From positions 6,235 through 70,234 of the forward strand of contig JACCWJ010000008.1 in the NCBI GenBank assembly GCA_013697705.1: 64,000 nt of DNA, read 5' to 3'. This stretch comes from Gammaproteobacteria bacterium. GTDB taxonomy: Bacteria > Pseudomonadota > Gammaproteobacteria > UBA6002. Numbering within the stretch: the stretch's first letter is position 1; the number at the start of each line of letters is the position of its first letter. Positions 31,432 through 40,263 of the stretch are shown here, piece after piece. The position numbers were made by a program, and so were the translations under genes. Below the pieces are notes generated by a model that was not told where the DNA came from, did no database searches, and worked only from the letters and a program-made list of their open reading frames with translations.

Positions 31432-32492
31432 AATGCTATCCGGCTATCAAACTTGAAAATATTTTTACGACTATTATTAAAATGCGCAATATCACAAGTA
31501 TATTCACTAAAATTATTATGGGTATAATTTTTGATGGTTGCCCGCCAAAAACGATATGCGCCTTCATTACCGGGGATGACCATTACCTCCCAAACACCTG
31601 GAAATTTTTTAAAACATTCCTGAGCCACATATTTTCCAATGCCTTTATGGGTAAATTTTCGCAAAATGAAAAATTGTGCCATATTAAAATCAATTTCAGG
31701 ACTACTGCCTTTTTTATCGACAATGGCAAAGCCAACTATTTCATTTTCATATCGCACGACAAATGGGAAGTTATTTTCACTCTCCCAATATTTTTTAAAA
31801 TTAATGCACTCATATAAACCATCTTCTGGAATCTCCCAGCCTTTTTCATTTCCAATATATTCGCTCATGTCATAGACGTAAAAACGCCCAAGGTTTTGAA
31901 TAACGGGATAATCTTCTAAAGTGGCTGGAATAAGTTTAATTTTACTGTAAACAATTGCGGGCTTAAAAATATCGTAGAGTGCTACTTCATTATTCCCATA
32001 ATGAGCGCGCCCTACGTATTTCATGTTAACTTTTTCTAATACCGTTCGTGATCGATCATTCTCAGGATTAATTACAGCAACAAGTTTTTCAACAGATAGA
32101 TGATGAAATCCCCAGTCAATAAGAGATTTTGCAAGCTCAGTAGCATAGCCCTGCCTCCAAGCAGCTTTGGTCAGTGCATAACCAACTTCAATGTCAGGTT
32201 GACCCTCATTAAAGGCAAGAAAAATTAAACCTGCGCGACCAACAAATTTTCCACTTACTTTTTCAAATACACAACCAAGGCTAAATCCATGTTTTTCCTG
32301 ATGTGCAATAGCTTTCTCTAAACCCGTCATTACTTCGATGCGCGTACGAACGCCTTGACCAATGTATTGCATCACCTCAGCATCAGATTGCAACGCAAAT
32401 AAATTCTCAAAATCTTCTAACACTGGGGTATTGATTATTAATCTTTCTGTTTCTAAAAAAATGCTCATATCATGTTGCGCCTGTTTTATCAT
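31428..32492 (-). CDS. tandem GNAT N-acetyltransferase (RimJ/RimL-like N-domain plus second GNAT domain)
   Basis: Two acetyl-CoA-binding cores (ELAKSLIDWGF..., RKFTHKGIGKYVAQECF). Overlaps the downstream gene by 4 nt. Confidence 0.75.
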   Translation of the reverse strand: MIKQAQHDMSIFLETERLIINTPVLEDFENLFALQSDAEVMQYIGQGVRTRIEVMTGLEKAIAHQEKHGFSLGCVFEKVSGKFVGRAGLIFLAFNEGQPDIEVGYALTKAAWRQGYATELAKSLIDWGFHHLSVEKLVAVINPENDRSRTVLEKVNMKYVGRAHYGNNEVALYDIFKPAIVYSKIKLIPATLEDYPVIQNLGRFYVYDMSEYIGNEKGWEIPEDGLYECINFKKYWESENNFPFVVRYENEIVGFAIVDKKGSSPEIDFNMAQFFILRKFTHKGIGKYVAQECFKKFPGVWEVMVIPGNEGAYRFWRATIKNYTHNNFSEYTCDIAHFNNSRKNIFKFDSRIAL

Positions 32493-32896
32493 TCCATTGG
32501 AAAACCGAATGCTTCAGTGATGAATAAGGTTTTATTGATGTTCAGGGGCGGATTTTATGTCCTTCACCCGCTCAATTCTGTAATGTTTTAGATTGGATAA
32601 GTATAAAATCCATTTTTAATAACTTGATAGCGTCAGACCTTAAATTGGACTCTGCCCTGCCACGCTCTTATCCGTATTACCCCCTCTACCGCGTAAATTA
32701 CTATTTTAATTCTCATAAGATTATTCGCGGGAGAGGGATGGGGTGAGGGCTCACTTTGTTGAGTTTCCCGAAAGAGGGAAGTTTGCGTAATCTAAAACAG
32801 GCCCTTTTTGCTAAGACTTCTCACAACTGTTAAGCCCTATTAAAAATACAATTTTCAATGGGGCATCTCTAACAATGTTCAGTGTGAAGCATATGT

Positions 32897-33895
32897 TCAC
32901 GGATTGCCATTTAATAATGCTTGAGACTCATCATTCTCATTTACCAGTAGATTGGCTCCTCCATTAGTGAACGCTCGCAAAAATGCTAGTGCTTTCGCCC
33001 TTTTAATTGGGCCGTCCTCCACCTCCCAATAGCGATTTATATCGGGGATTTTACGACGCTCCAATTCTTTTAGGTTGCCGTAGGCCTCTGTTGAATTTGC
33101 AAATAGGTCACACGCTTCTGATTTAGTTTGTAAAGTTACCGTGTCAGCTCCGGGCTTTTGCCCTCTCTGCATACCTTTGAGCATTTTTCCATAAAATCCT
33201 AAAACGACATGATCAATGGCAATGGCATCATTAAGAGTTATATTTTCTTTTTTTAGTAGTACTTCAGTTTTTTCAGCTTTTTTCTTTAGAGAGTCTACTA
33301 CAGTAGGCATTCCTTTCACGCCTGTAATTATTCCTCGCAAAGGCATTCGTATTAACCACGTTAAAGGCGTGGTTACCAATTGCCCTACTCCTCGTATTAG
33401 ACTGGTAATCCCATCTAAGATACCTCCGCCGGTCCTAGCAAAATTCATGGCCATATTATTTGCAAATAAATTAAGACTTCTTTCGGCTATTGCCCTATAC
33501 GCATATCGAAAAGTATTAGCTAAAAATAAAACAGGGCTGACTAATATGTTGAAGACCCCCTTAAGAATATTGCCGATACCTCGAAAGGGCTGGAGAAAAT
33601 CTCTGGCGATATAAAAACGCGATTTATAAGGTTTAAAAGTGTCTACGAAATCTTTTCTCATAGCCAATAACGGGTTGAAACCGCCTAGAATATAGAAACT
33701 TAATTTATTTGTATCTCGAGGATCACCTCCCTCTTCCGAAAAAAGATCGTCAAACTTATTATATTTGTAATATAAATTTCGCAAATCCCCAACTGGCCCG
33801 ATTTTTTTTGCAAGCAATTCGAATGGCGAAACATAAGGTCTAAACTTTGGCATGCGACCAACCTTTTTAGTTTTGAATAAGTTATATATTTTCAA
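32897..33895 (-). CDS. hypothetical protein (no recognisable domain; effector candidate by context)
   Basis: ORF of 332 aa, basic N-terminus, no signal peptide. Confidence 0.5.
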   Translation of the reverse strand: MKIYNLFKTKKVGRMPKFRPYVSPFELLAKKIGPVGDLRNLYYKYNKFDDLFSEEGGDPRDTNKLSFYILGGFNPLLAMRKDFVDTFKPYKSRFYIARDFLQPFRGIGNILKGVFNILVSPVLFLANTFRYAYRAIAERSLNLFANNMAMNFARTGGGILDGITSLIRGVGQLVTTPLTWLIRMPLRGIITGVKGMPTVVDSLKKKAEKTEVLLKKENITLNDAIAIDHVVLGFYGKMLKGMQRGQKPGADTVTLQTKSEACDLFANSTEAYGNLKELERRKIPDINRYWEVEDGPIKRAKALAFLRAFTNGGANLLVNENDESQALLNGNP

Positions 33896-34014
33896 TAGGG
33901 TTAGGATAGCTGTTCGACATTAAGGAAACCTTAAACAAAACATGAATATATTTCGAAACTTTGTACTGGACCCACTCTTACGTCGCCCACGACTTGATCG
34001 CAGTAATTGCATAG

Positions 34015-34503
34015 TTATTCAATCCCCATATAAATATCCACACTGTTATTATTGGGATCAATCGCACGCTGGTCATATACTTCAAAATCAGCAATGTAGG
34101 CTCTCTTACCGCCAAAATCATCTGAGGTCATTTTCCAAATTTTTTGCCAAGCATTACTGACTATGTCTGGCATTTTGCCTGATGATGTTGTGAATTTTTG
34201 ATATTTCGCTGCGGGTATTATTAATTGCTGCAGTCCCTCTGGGATATTCTCAAATGCGTTAACTTCTTCACCAATGAAATATGTGTATTCCCCGTGCTCA
34301 TCACTATCATACTCAGTATAGACAGATAGAGTGACACCAGGATTTTTTCGATTAACTATTTTGCTCGCTAAATTTTGGCTCCAAAAACGTCCCGCTAATT
34401 CACCAATTTTAGAGGATTGCGGGTTCATCTCATTTTGGTTATTTGTTCTTACGGTTAAACCAATTAATTTGATTTCTGATTTATTTACCGATTCTGTTTC
34501 CAC
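34015..34503 (-). CDS. GyrI-like small-molecule-binding domain protein (AraC effector-binding fold)
   Basis: IKLIGLTVRT...TYFIGEEV pattern of GyrI-like domains. GTG start with an AAGAGG RBS 6 nt upstream. Confidence 0.7.
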   Translation of the reverse strand: METESVNKSEIKLIGLTVRTNNQNEMNPQSSKIGELAGRFWSQNLASKIVNRKNPGVTLSVYTEYDSDEHGEYTYFIGEEVNAFENIPEGLQQLIIPAAKYQKFTTSSGKMPDIVSNAWQKIWKMTSDDFGGKRAYIADFEVYDQRAIDPNNNSVDIYMGIE

Positions 34504-34528
34504 TTTCTACCTCTTAAATTGAACATTT

Positions 34529-34942
34529 TTATTCCATTTTCCCTGGGGGCGAGCTGAATTTTTTGACCAGCAACCGCGAAATGGGTTTCAGCTCTAATTG
34601 ACTAATATCAGCGACCCATTCAAAAATTTCTTCAATAATCTGTTTACTTATATTTGTTTCTAAAATCAGTTTCCAACTTAAAAAACAATTTTCTGGATTA
34701 AGCTCATTAAATGGAGGCAAATGATCGATGTTAAGAGTCACACGTAACGGACCCCACTCCTCTAAGGCTTGAAAAAAATGAAGTGGATCATTTCCTGAAA
34801 AGAAGATGTCGGGATGCGGAGAAAATAATATTTCCCAACCCTCTATTGAATTCGATGATGACTCTATTTTTGAGTCTTCTATCTTATTAGTTTCAGGCAC
34901 TGAGACAGGAGAAGTCGATAATTTCTCAAATTCAGACTGCAA
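34529..34942 (-). CDS. hypothetical protein in the Hpt/receiver/STAS operon (start uncertain)
   Basis: Open frame of 137 codons. The track start is a TTG with no obvious RBS. No recognisable domain. Confidence 0.4.
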   Translation of the reverse strand: MQSEFEKLSTSPVSVPETNKIEDSKIESSSNSIEGWEILFSPHPDIFFSGNDPLHFFQALEEWGPLRVTLNIDHLPPFNELNPENCFLSWKLILETNISKQIIEEIFEWVADISQLELKPISRLLVKKFSSPPGKME

Positions 34943-34956
34943 AGGAAGGACTTTAT

Positions 34957-35298
34957 CTATAGTGATAGGCTGTTTTGGCTCAAATCTGCAATCAAATCAC
35001 GCAGACAATCCACTGCCTTTAACATAAGATCCACACTTTCCTTTGTTAGGCTTTGGCTACCGTTACGAATTTGCGTAAGATAACTTTCTAAAGTATGAGT
35101 GAAATCCCTAATGATATTAAAACCAAACGTTGCGCTTCCCCCTTTCATGGAGTGCATAGCTCGAAAGATACGATTAACAGCCTCCTTATCGGTAGGTTGA
35201 TTAACGTCGATATTCAGCAATGCTTTTTCCATATCTGCCAACATCTCAAGGCTTTCCTCAAAAAAGCTCTGATGAAATTGTGATATATCTATTTCCAT
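34957..35298 (-). CDS. stand-alone Hpt (histidine phosphotransfer) domain protein
   Basis: RAMHSMKGGSATFGF matches the CheA-P1/Hpt H-x-x-K-G-x-x-x-x-x-G phospho-His motif. Its ATG overlaps the receiver-gene stop by 1 nt (TAATG). Confidence 0.8.
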   Translation of the reverse strand: MEIDISQFHQSFFEESLEMLADMEKALLNIDVNQPTDKEAVNRIFRAMHSMKGGSATFGFNIIRDFTHTLESYLTQIRNGSQSLTKESVDLMLKAVDCLRDLIADLSQNSLSL

Positions 35299-35663
35299 TA
35301 TTCGATTACTCGTTTAATGACTTGTATTAATTTTTCAGGATTGAAAGGCTTAATTATCCATCCTGTAGCACCAGCCTCTTTACACTTTGTTTTTACCTCG
35401 GCTGAATGTTCTGTAGTTAAAATTAATATGGGCGTAAACTTATAGTTGGGTAGATTGCGCAATGCTTTAACAAGCTCGATACCATCTAACCTAGGCATAT
35501 TGATATCGGAAATTATTAGATCAAATTTTACCAGATCTGCTTGCTCTAACGCTTCTTGCCCATCACATGCGGTCGTTACTGAGAATCCTATCTGTGAGAG
35601 CATGTCCATTACCATTTTTCGAATTGTTACTGAATCGTCTACTGCAAGAATCTTTTTCATCAC
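35298..35663 (-). CDS. single-domain CheY-like response regulator (receiver only)
   Basis: LAVDDS ... phospho-acceptor Asp in DLIISDINMP ... conserved T and K (ILILTTE, IIKP). GAGGTGA RBS. Confidence 0.9.
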   Translation of the reverse strand: MMKKILAVDDSVTIRKMVMDMLSQIGFSVTTACDGQEALEQADLVKFDLIISDINMPRLDGIELVKALRNLPNYKFTPILILTTEHSAEVKTKCKEAGATGWIIKPFNPEKLIQVIKRVIE

Positions 35664-35672
35664 TCACCTCGC

Positions 35673-36005
35673 TCAGGACTGTAACCCGCTTCTTTTATCC
35701 TCATGGCTTGTCTCACCAATCTCTAGTAGATGCTCCATACCCAATAGTTGAACAGCATTGCATAACGCTGGAGTGCAATCCTGCCAGCTCCAAGATATTT
35801 TTCGTTCTTTTGCCGATAATATGAAACTTAATAATAGTTGTAGAGAGGTTGTATCTACAGAATGAATAGCGGATGCTTGCAAACAAAGAGGCTTACCTGA
35901 ATTAAGCGCTTCCTGATAGATACTTTGTTGGGAATGAATTTCGCAGATATTCAGCATTTCTCCATAAACGATAAGATTTTTTTCGCTTTCCCTGCAAAGC
36001 CTCAT
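35673..36005 (-). CDS. STAS-domain protein (anti-sigma-factor antagonist, SpoIIAA-like)
   Basis: STAS-like fold and length. Start placed at the ATG (MRLCRESEK) preceded by an AGGAGG RBS; the track start at 36026 is a TTG. Confidence 0.7.
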   Translation of the reverse strand: MRLCRESEKNLIVYGEMLNICEIHSQQSIYQEALNSGKPLCLQASAIHSVDTTSLQLLLSFILSAKERKISWSWQDCTPALCNAVQLLGMEHLLEIGETSHEDKRSGLQS

Positions 36006-36281
36006 GCCCCCTCCTAAATAACTCAAAATAACATCCTGTTTATTATGATTAGTTTAGCTTCTATCTGGCATACTTCAAGGAGGCTACTGAACCCTATTAA
36101 TGTGGAATAAATTATTTTAGGTTTCCTAGATTGCGTTTCACTACATCTGGGCTGTAGGTTTTGAGGGATGAGTGGGATGCCAATACAAATATTTAGCGCA
36201 GGATCTCAAAGTAGGCAAAGTCACCATTGAGCGTTGGTACCATCAACGTTATTGGCACGAAGAAAAAACCCCTTAATTGAG

Positions 36282-36328
36282 CGATGCCGAAAGGCGGAAT
36301 CGAACCGCCGACCTCCTGATTACGAATC
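36282..36328 (-). repeat. 47-nt copy of a tRNA-Thr 3' half (discriminator through anticodon loop), a direct repeat of 38283-38329. Interpreted as the distal att site of an integrative element.
   Basis: CGATGCCGAAAGGCGGAATCGAACCGCCGACCTCCTGATTACGAATC versus the intact tRNA CGATGCCGGAGAGCGGAATCGAACCGCTGACCTCCTGATTACGAATC. Differences are compensatory within the T-stem. Confidence 0.8.
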
Positions 36329-36452
36329 TCGAATTCATATACTTAACTAGTTTTTACCGTGCTTAATTAATTTTTACAAAATAAACACTTACTGATAACC
36401 TGCCTTTAATCAACCCACACTTAATTTAACTAAATTTCACCTTAACCATAGT

Positions 36453-37192
36453 ACCAGTCTAGCACTGATTCTCTGGCGAAAATCCGAGAACATAGTGCTT
36501 ATGCAGCAAATAGACTTCTTGCGTTACTGAGTATTTTATTTAACAAAGCAATTGAATTTGGCTTATGGGATAAAACAAATCCTGTAATAGGAATAAAAAA
36601 ATTTAGAGAACAATCACGTGATCGTTTTTTACAATCTGATGAACTACCTCGCTTTTTTCAAGCACTGGCAGAAGAACCCAATGAAGACATCCGGGATTAT
36701 ATTCTTCTTTCACTGTTAACAGGCGCTAGAAAATCAAATGTATTAGCAATGAAATGGGAACAAATTAATTTACCTCGCAAAGAATGGCGTATTCCAGAAA
36801 CTAAAAATGGCACCCCGCAAACTATTACATTGCCTAAAGAAGCTTTAAAAATGTTAAAAAAGCGCCGGAATAGATTACAAAATCATTACTATGTTTTCCC
36901 AGGCAATGGAAATAAAGGACATTTAATTGATCCTAAAAGGGGTTGGCAGCGCATATTAGCTCATGCAGGGATTCAAGATTTACGAATACATGATTTACGC
37001 CGCACATTAGGAAGCTGGCAAGCTAAAACAGGCGCCTCATTGGCCATTATTGGCAAATCTTTGAATCACAAATCTCCTATGACCACAGCTATTTATGCGA
37101 GATTGGATTTAGACCCTGTTGGAGAGTCCGTGGAAAAAGCTACTAAGGCTATGTTGAAAGCGGCAAAAATTAATTTAGAAGAAGATAAGTAA
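36453..37192 (+). pseudogene. int: 5'-truncated tyrosine recombinase (P4-family integrase), retaining part of the SAM-like domain and the catalytic domain
   Basis: The frame is open from just after a TAG at about 36450 with no upstream start for the arm-binding domain. It encodes LLALLSILFNKAIEFGLWDKTNPV (core-binding), then HDLRRT (HxxR) and TAIYARL (catalytic Tyr). Confidence 0.8.
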
Positions 37193-37347
37193 AAATATAA
37201 GGAAAAACTTATGACCATTATATCTAATGCTTTCCACTCCGGTCTAACCCATTCCCCACTGAAGATCCACCAATGTATAGAATTTAATGGCTAGGATTAA
37301 CTTGTGTTTCGGACGTTTTTGACCGATACTTAACTTAAGGATTTCTC

Positions 37348-37563
37348 ATGAAAGGCTCTGAGTTCTTAAAAAAAATTAAAAAACTAGGAAAGGAAAAAGG
37401 TATCAAAGTTGAGCTAGTTCAACGACGCGGTAAAGGAAGCCATAGTACCCTACTCTATGGGGAACGCTTTACGATTATTCGTAATTTAAAAGATGAACTT
37501 AAGACTGGCACTTATAACGCTATGCTTCAACAGCTTGGCATTGATAAAGACGATTTGAGGTAA
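37348..37563 (+). CDS. hicA: type II toxin HicA (mRNA interferase)
   Basis: MKGSEFLKKIKKLG...RGKGSHSTLLYGER...GTYNAMLQQLGI fits the HicA/YcfA family. Confidence 0.8.
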   Translation: MKGSEFLKKIKKLGKEKGIKVELVQRRGKGSHSTLLYGERFTIIRNLKDELKTGTYNAMLQQLGIDKDDLR

Positions 37564-37568
37564 ACACT

Positions 37569-38000
37569 ATGAGCAATTTTAATTATCCTGCTACCCTAAT
37601 TAAACAAGAGGAAGGCGGCTATTTAGTACAATTTACTGACTTTCCTGAAGCTATTACTCAAGGTGAGACTAAAGAAGAGGCTTTAGCCGAGGCTATTGAC
37701 TGCCTTGAAGAAGCTATTGCAAACCGTATTGAAATGAAATTAGATATACCAGCACCAAGTCGTCATAAAAAAACGGATTACATTGTCTCACTACATACCA
37801 CCTTTGCGGCAAAGACAGCTCTATATCTTGCAATGCGTGAACAGAAATTAAGTAATACGCTCTTAGCCAAAAAGTTAAATTGCGATGAGAAAGAAGTTCG
37901 TCGCCTTCTTGACCCGCACTTCAATTCAAAATTACCAAGAATTGAGCAAGCACTCCATATGTTAGGCAAGAAACTTCAACTAGAAGTTGTTTCTTGCTGA
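37569..38000 (+). CDS. hicB: type II antitoxin HicB (HicB N-terminal fold plus C-terminal HTH)
   Basis: N-terminal YPATLIKQEEGGYLVQFTDFPEAITQGETKEEALAEAIDCLEEAI (HicB/UPF0150); C-terminal helix-turn-helix. Located 5 nt downstream of hicA. Confidence 0.8.
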   Translation: MSNFNYPATLIKQEEGGYLVQFTDFPEAITQGETKEEALAEAIDCLEEAIANRIEMKLDIPAPSRHKKTDYIVSLHTTFAAKTALYLAMREQKLSNTLLAKKLNCDEKEVRRLLDPHFNSKLPRIEQALHMLGKKLQLEVVSC

Positions 38001-38285
38001 GCTGAGAGCTTTTTTTAAAATCACTATATGCGATAAGGAATTCTAGATTGATGAATTGAGATATTTTTATATCCTAATTTATCACAAATTTTTTTTATTT
38101 CATGCTTGCATGCTCATAATTACATCTAGGTCCCACCCTGATCTCGCATATTTCATCCTTTTCAAACGGTAAGGCTACTTGTTGGAACTGTTGCAACAAA
38201 AGGACTAATACTGAATTTACTGTTTCGCCAAAATTTTAGTTTTTCATCTATTTTTACCCTTCGTTTCCCTGTGATAATTTATCGA

Positions 38286-38358
<73 letters not shown>

Positions 38359-38482
38359 AAGGGGTGGAGTATAAAAAACATTAAGGGGTATTGCAATGCG
38401 GTTTCCCCCTATCGCGCTTTTTCCTGTAATTGACTCTCCTGCTAAAGAGGCTATCTTTATCCAACCACAAAACTTTGGATAA

Positions 38483-39235
38483 GTGATGACTATAGAGAAT
38501 TATCTACTCGACCACTCCTACCTGTTCATTTTGTTAACAGGATTAATCGGTTTTTTTGTAGGCTATCTCCTAAATATAATTATCTATCGACTGCCCTTGG
38601 TTATTGAAGCTGAAAATTATCAAATCGCGCTAGAAATACTAGGCACTACTTCTCCCACGCGCTCCGCGAAACCTCGACCATTTACGAAAAGAATTCTCTT
38701 ATCACGTTATCTCGTGGTTGAGCTTATTACCTGCGCCCTATCTGTTATATTAGCGATCCATTTCGGCCCCAGCTTGCAATTACTTTGCGCTTGGCTGTTA
38801 ACCTTTGCTTTAATTACGTTATTCTTTATCGATAATGATACTATGCTGCTACCTGATCAAATCACCTTACCCATTTTGTGGCTGGGACTTTTCTTTAATA
38901 TATTTTCAGTGTTCACTCCAATAACGGATGCAGTGTTAGGGGCAATTTTTGGATACCTCTTTTTCTATTTAATGGCCTATTTAATGCTAAAAATACGAAA
39001 AACCCACGGATTAGGAGGCGGGGATTTGAAATTAATTAGCCTGCTGGGAGCATGGTTTGGCTGGCAAATATTACCTATAATTATTTTTATAGCGTCTTTT
39101 ACGGGCGCCTTATTTGCAGCATTCTATATTTTCTTTAAAAAGGAAAAAGTGACCTTGCAAATTCCCTTTGGACCCTTTCTTACCTTTGCAGGCTTTCTGA
39201 TTTTATTGTGGGGGCGGACACTTTATCACTATTAA
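38483..39235 (+). CDS. pilD: prepilin peptidase / N-methyltransferase PilD (peptidase A24)
   Basis: A24 motifs including GGGDLKLISLLGAWFGW; multiple TM helices. Confidence 0.9.
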   Translation: MMTIENYLLDHSYLFILLTGLIGFFVGYLLNIIIYRLPLVIEAENYQIALEILGTTSPTRSAKPRPFTKRILLSRYLVVELITCALSVILAIHFGPSLQLLCAWLLTFALITLFFIDNDTMLLPDQITLPILWLGLFFNIFSVFTPITDAVLGAIFGYLFFYLMAYLMLKIRKTHGLGGGDLKLISLLGAWFGWQILPIIIFIASFTGALFAAFYIFFKKEKVTLQIPFGPFLTFAGFLILLWGRTLYHY

Positions 39236-39251
39236 CAGGACATGAAGCTAT

Positions 39252-39848
39252 ATGCTAAAGATTGGTTTAACGGGGGGTATAGGCAGCGGTAAAAGTACAG
39301 TTGCCAGCTATTTTGAAGACCTCGGAATCCAGATTATTGATTCTGATGTGATTGCCCGTAATCTCACCAATATTGCGGAGCCTGCCCACACTGCAATTGT
39401 TCAAAAATACGGTAATAAAATTCTTACACAAGAAGGTGAAATTAACCGACGCGAATTGCGTGCCATTATTTTTTCCGACACCAATGAGAAAAGATGGCTA
39501 GAAGATTTGATACACCCCCTCATCAAGCAAAAAATCCTAGAAGGTATTGCCGCCAGCACCTCACCATACTGCATTGTCGTGATTCCGCTGCTCGTAGAAA
39601 CGGGAGTCTATGATTTAACAGATCGCATTTTGGTAGTGGATTCCCCCATCGAGAAACAAATCTCCCGCACTACTAAACGTGATAAAACGAGTGAACATTT
39701 CGTGATTGATATTATAAAAAATCAAGCGACTCGCGAAGAACGTATGGCGGTGGCTACCGATGTTATTTATAACAATGGTGATTTTGATCAACTCAAACAG
39801 GGCGTCTACCAACAACACCTCATTTATCTCCAGATGCTTAAATCCTAG
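39252..39848 (+). CDS. coaE: dephospho-CoA kinase
   Basis: P-loop GLTGGIGSGKSTVA; conserved pilD-coaE-zapD-yacG synteny. Confidence 0.9.
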   Translation: MLKIGLTGGIGSGKSTVASYFEDLGIQIIDSDVIARNLTNIAEPAHTAIVQKYGNKILTQEGEINRRELRAIIFSDTNEKRWLEDLIHPLIKQKILEGIAASTSPYCIVVIPLLVETGVYDLTDRILVVDSPIEKQISRTTKRDKTSEHFVIDIIKNQATREERMAVATDVIYNNGDFDQLKQGVYQQHLIYLQMLKS

Positions 39849-39939
39849 CCGAAAATTCAAATACATATCTGCTAAACTTAAACTGAGTATACAATCATCA
39901 AGAAGATTTTTGTGATTGCTAGCAAATAAGGAGAGTCAA

Positions 39940-40152
39940 ATGAACAAGAAAGTTTTGTCTATAGTGGCCAGTGGTGCCATTTCTTTTCTCGCCATGAACT
40001 TATCTGCGTGTGCATCCCGAAGTGATACCGGAATGGTTGCAGGCGGCGTAATCGGTGGAGCTGCTGGTAGCGCCATAACCGGAGGCAGCGCGGTCGGGAC
40101 AGTAGCAGGCGCTGTGGGCGGCGCAGTTATTGGTCGAAATGTAGCACGTTGA
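39940..40152 (+). CDS. glycine-zipper lipoprotein (OsmB/17-kDa-antigen-like)
   Basis: Lipobox LSAC followed by a Gly-zipper (GGVIGGAAGSAITGGSAVGTVAGAVGGAVIG). The likely start is the internal ATG (MNKKV); the track start is 39916. Confidence 0.6.
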   Translation: MNKKVLSIVASGAISFLAMNLSACASRSDTGMVAGGVIGGAAGSAITGGSAVGTVAGAVGGAVIGRNVAR

Positions 40153-40175
40153 GGCTATTAATCTATTGACCCAAA

Positions 40176-40200
40176 GACCCTCTCCGGAGGGTCTTCTTTT
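40176..40200 (+). terminator. rho-independent terminator
   Basis: GACCCTCTCCGGAGGGTC hairpin followed by TTCTTTTTAT. Confidence 0.85.
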
Positions 40201-40263
40201 TATGATTTCAATTCTATTTAAATTAACCTAACATACACTTTTTAGTTAATTAGAAGACAATAG

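Larger units (their letters stand above)
36329..38282. mobile_element. decayed tRNA-Thr-associated integrative element (truncated P4-type integrase plus hicAB)
   Basis: Bounded by the tRNA 3'-end direct repeats. Contains an integrase fragment and a toxin-antitoxin pair and nothing else. Confidence 0.6.

Noticed and set aside
34529-35298. Hpt ORF plus the following 137-aa ORF as a frameshifted CheA-like kinase
   Set aside because: The Hpt protein ends at a normal length for stand-alone Hpt proteins (about 113 aa). The downstream ORF has no HATPase, dimerisation or P2-like features.
36262-36282. TTGGCACG sequence resembling a sigma-54 -24 element
   Set aside because: No GC or TTGC -12 element at the correct spacing, and no downstream gene in the right orientation.
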